From the NCBI GenBank assembly GCA_965372715.1, contig CBDVDH010000001.1:107717-127716 (forward strand): DNA of 20,000 nucleotides, written 5' to 3'. This stretch comes from an uncultured bacterium (GTDB lineage Bacteria > B130-G9). The notes under the pieces are model-generated. The model had not been told where the DNA came from and did no database searches. It saw only the letters and a list, made by a program, of their open reading frames with translations. Position 1 is the stretch's first letter, and each line of letters begins with the position of its first letter. The position numbers were made by a program, and so were the translations under genes. Positions 17,079 to 20,000 of this stretch are shown one piece after another.

Positions 17079-18140
17079 TTGGCTACATTTGACAGCTATC
17101 AGTATCGTGGCGGCGTCTATGTGGGCGGCGTTTACGGGACTGACACGGATATTGACTGGCGGCAGGTCCTCAAGGACGTTCAGGGCCTTGCGAAGGCCTA
17201 TAACGACCGAGATGTCTCGGGTCTTGCGGACCGCTTGACTCACAAGACGACGAGCGAGGCAGTCAAGCAAGAGATAAACCGCCTGGTCGCAAAGGAGGTC
17301 GCCGAGGGGCGCGAGCCGGATGTCGAGTCCACGAGCGTCTATGAGTTTGCCCTACCGATCAAGGAGTTTGAGGTAGGGTTCTCGATGACGAGAACCGCCC
17401 AGAAGAGGATCGATCCGAGAAGGATAGAGAACCTCTTCGCCAGCGTGATTCAGGCGCATCTTCAGCAGCGGCTCAAGAACGCACTGACGCCCGTTTTCTC
17501 CACCAACCCGGCGGGCAGTGAGTGGGGAGGGACGTGGCAGGTGAACACCGACTGCCCTGATTTCCAGGCGAACTCGTTCTTTGGCACGCCGCACACTCAC
17601 ATTTTTGCCAGGACCGCGACCAGCCTGACGTTCGATCATCTGCGGATGCTGGCCGAGGAGATACAGCATCATGGTTTCGGCGCACCGGGCGTCTATGGTG
17701 AGAAGACCCTGCTGCTTCTGTTGAACGTAGCTCAGGCAAATGACTTAATCCAGCTCGCAGACTGGACAACATACTCAGGACTGCCTGACTCTGTCGTTGA
17801 ACGACTCGCGCTCGACGGGATCAACGTCAATCAGGGCATAGGTGGGTTCATCGTCAACGTCAACAACATGATTCCGGAGAACTACGCGGTTGCCATCGCT
17901 CTCGACACGCCGTATCCGGCGGTCACGACACGCGTTGAGCGGCAGCGTCAGTATCAGGGGCTCGTGATTGAGACGCCATTTGAGGGCTCGCAGTATCCGT
18001 TCCGCGATTCTGTGTTCACGTTTTCGGAGGGCTGCACATTGACGCAGCCGAGCGCGGTTGCGGTTCTCATGCTTGGCGCCGATGACAACAGCACGGACGA
18101 GGACATCAGCGATTATGTAGTGCCCGAGTTCTACGCGTAG
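17079..18140 (+). CDS. Putative major capsid protein (HK97-like fold)
   Basis: 353 aa with an EVAEGREP...LPIKEFEVGFSMTR E-loop-like segment and P.F....F...HTH...L.EEIQHHG. Position fits the head module. TTG start after GGAAGGGG. Confidence 0.68.
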   Translation: MATFDSYQYRGGVYVGGVYGTDTDIDWRQVLKDVQGLAKAYNDRDVSGLADRLTHKTTSEAVKQEINRLVAKEVAEGREPDVESTSVYEFALPIKEFEVGFSMTRTAQKRIDPRRIENLFASVIQAHLQQRLKNALTPVFSTNPAGSEWGGTWQVNTDCPDFQANSFFGTPHTHIFARTATSLTFDHLRMLAEEIQHHGFGAPGVYGEKTLLLLLNVAQANDLIQLADWTTYSGLPDSVVERLALDGINVNQGIGGFIVNVNNMIPENYAVAIALDTPYPAVTTRVERQRQYQGLVIETPFEGSQYPFRDSVFTFSEGCTLTQPSAVAVLMLGADDNSTDEDISDYVVPEFYA

Positions 18141-18154
18141 AAAGGGGAATTGAC

Positions 18155-18538
18155 GTGAACGCTTCAGACTTCGAGGTAAGGCTCCGGGCAGTGCTTTCGG
18201 ACCTTTCGGAACAGCTTACGGACGGGCAATTCGAGCAGGCGATCGCTTCTGCGACCGATATAACAGGGATTTCACTGCCGACAAGCGATCCGGAGATGAT
18301 CGAGGCGCTGCTCAACAGGGGTGAGGCGATCTGTCTTGAGACGCTTCAAAACGACTGGCTGCCGCGGTTCGACGTGACGTATGCGGGGGACAAGCTCTCA
18401 CGGGCGGATGTGGCGGAGCAGATCGAGCGGAAGTTGGCACGGCTTGACACGCGTTGGGAGGTTCTCTCGGGGCGATACAAGCCCAGCGCCGAGCGCGGCT
18501 CAAGGAATGTCTCTGTTAGCACGGCATATCGGGTCTGA
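18155..18538 (+). CDS. Putative head-tail adaptor/connector
   Basis: 127-aa helical protein right after the capsid gene, with VRLRAVLSD..EQLTDGQFEQAI resembling connector N-termini. Confidence 0.5.
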   Translation: MNASDFEVRLRAVLSDLSEQLTDGQFEQAIASATDITGISLPTSDPEMIEALLNRGEAICLETLQNDWLPRFDVTYAGDKLSRADVAEQIERKLARLDTRWEVLSGRYKPSAERGSRNVSVSTAYRV

Positions 18539-18550
18539 GGGGACTTTTCG

Positions 18551-19270
18551 ATGGCACGCGAGTCGGACGGGTCAAGAGAGAGATCGCAGCTATTTCGCGA
18601 CATTCATCAAGCAAGTAACGAAGCGCGACAGATTGGGGGTTGGCAGAAGGCGTCCATAAGGCGGCTTATTCAGAGCGATTCACCCGGCATCGGTCTGCCG
18701 CCGACGGACGCCTACTCCAGCGGCCTCATCGATCTGAAGGTCTGCGCCTCATCCGTGCCGCAGGAGCTCTGCGACGGGCCAGTCGCCTCGACAACAAATG
18801 CGGCCATGCGGTTTGAATTCTGGAACGTCGAGGTGTTTCTGGGTGACGAGGTCCTGTTCGACGGTGATGCTTACGATGTGAGGCAGATCGAGGATAGAAC
18901 GCCAAGCGTTCTTCTAGCGAGCGTCGAGACTCAGAGCGGCGTCGTCGTGCTAAAGGCGAACGATGCTCCTGAGGAACCAGTCGCAGCGATGTGTATCGTC
19001 AGCACAAAGCCCGCGGGTCAGGTCTCGTTCAAGCTCGAATACACGGATGGGAACGGTGAGGAGACGGTCTCGGACGCGATCACATTTGCTACGGACTGCA
19101 AGGTGGGCGATTCTCAGGTGATTACGACCGGCGGCGAGGAGGCGGCTGTGGCCTCTTTACAGGATATCACGGAGTTCGAGGGCGAGCTCGGTGGCGGCGT
19201 GCTGAGGATTACGGATAATTGCCCCTTCAGAACGCGCGTGCTGGCCGAACGACGAGTTGGCGGCCAATAA
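18551..19270 (+). CDS. Putative head-closure (stopper)-like protein with an internal insertion
   Basis: Synteny, GDEVLFDGDAYDVRQIED and terminal RTRVLAERR, with about 105 extra residues between them. Confidence 0.42.
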   Translation: MARESDGSRERSQLFRDIHQASNEARQIGGWQKASIRRLIQSDSPGIGLPPTDAYSSGLIDLKVCASSVPQELCDGPVASTTNAAMRFEFWNVEVFLGDEVLFDGDAYDVRQIEDRTPSVLLASVETQSGVVVLKANDAPEEPVAAMCIVSTKPAGQVSFKLEYTDGNGEETVSDAITFATDCKVGDSQVITTGGEEAAVASLQDITEFEGELGGGVLRITDNCPFRTRVLAERRVGGQ

Positions 19271-19371
19271 GTTCGCCTCGCCGTACGGCGGAGTCTGAGA
19301 TGAACGGCGAATTAGCGGTTGATGAGGCCGACTTCTGAATCCCGCACTGACATCTACTATGGAGAACGGAC

Positions 19372-19881
19372 ATGACATTGCCAGATAGCGCGAAACCGCG
19401 GAACAAGCGGCTGTCGTTCTACAAGTTCGTTGTCGATAATCTGTCGGACGACGTGCCAGTCATCGTTCAGGGATGCTCCGACCTATTTGGTGGATGGGTT
19501 GATCCTCGGACCGTTGACTCGCTCTCGAGCTGGATCGAGCTGTTGGTTGACAGCTTTTCTGGCGGCCTGAACTCCAAGATGAGGGTCAGGTTCGTCGTCA
19601 ACGTTCGTGAAAACCGCGACGACGAGAACTTCCAGATGAAGCGCATGGACGAGGTGCTCGGGGCGATCTTATCGCTTCTCAATCTCTCGGGCGGTGCAGT
19701 CATTCCCATTTACGACTTCTCGGATCCGGCCAACCCCGAGAGCATCGGCGAGGCACAGGGCCTCGGCTTCATTCCTCGGCACACGCCCGAAAAGGACGGA
19801 TTCGTGGATGATGACGGAGGTGTGAAGCGCTATGAGCTCCACTACGAGCTTTGGCTCTGGCAGGAGGGCGTGGCGCCTTGA
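19372..19881 (+). CDS. Putative tail terminator / neck protein
   Basis: Synteny and size. SWIEL...VRFVVNVR...MDEVLGAILSLL...IPIYDF...RYELHYEL pattern. GGAG RBS. Confidence 0.45.
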   Translation: MTLPDSAKPRNKRLSFYKFVVDNLSDDVPVIVQGCSDLFGGWVDPRTVDSLSSWIELLVDSFSGGLNSKMRVRFVVNVRENRDDENFQMKRMDEVLGAILSLLNLSGGAVIPIYDFSDPANPESIGEAQGLGFIPRHTPEKDGFVDDDGGVKRYELHYELWLWQEGVAP

Positions 19882-19949
19882 AAGCCGGAGCGCAAGAGGG
19901 CTTGTGAGGAGGTCGTCCGGAATGTGGCTACGGGAAACATGATACGCAC

Positions 19950-19975
19950 TGTAGGGGCGGTGCTTGCCCCGCCCT
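19950..19975 (+). repeat. GTAG-type REP palindrome
   Basis: TGTAGGGGCGGTGCTTGCCCCGCCCT is 25/26 identical to the reverse complement of 14297-14322. Confidence 0.85.
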
Positions 19976-20000
19976 TCATACGTTCGGTCGCATCAGAGAA

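Noticed and set aside
17079-18140. Encapsulin nanocompartment
   Set aside because: Adjacent portal and neck-like genes and the absence of a cargo enzyme favour a virion-type head.

Overview
A GC-rich bacterial window in three blocks. (1) 1-8462, + strand, housekeeping and envelope genes: 3' part of NAD+ synthetase, a macrodomain protein, an O-antigen-ligase-like membrane protein, a BatD-like protein, a GH57 hydrolase and a polysaccharide flippase. (2) About 8464-14351, - strand, a defence/toxin-antitoxin island. In transcription order it holds hicB-hicA, an internally deleted type III-like DNA methyltransferase remnant, an OLD-family ATPase-TOPRIM nuclease, MNT-HEPN, a frameshifted DUF4258 with DUF2283, and Fic. 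Three repeat families separate the modules: a duplicated ~120-bp leader, a duplicated 58-bp methyltransferase 3' tail and a triplicated 24-bp trailer. A 20-bp inverted repeat brackets most of the island, and no integrase or transposase is visible. (3) About 14490-19881, + strand, a compact phage-like head/neck module (portal, scaffold, decoration, major capsid, adaptor, head closure, tail terminator). It has no terminase or protease, and host-type REP and heptamer repeats sit between its genes, which suggests a domesticated, possibly GTA-like element. All product calls come from motif recognition by eye; no searches were run.
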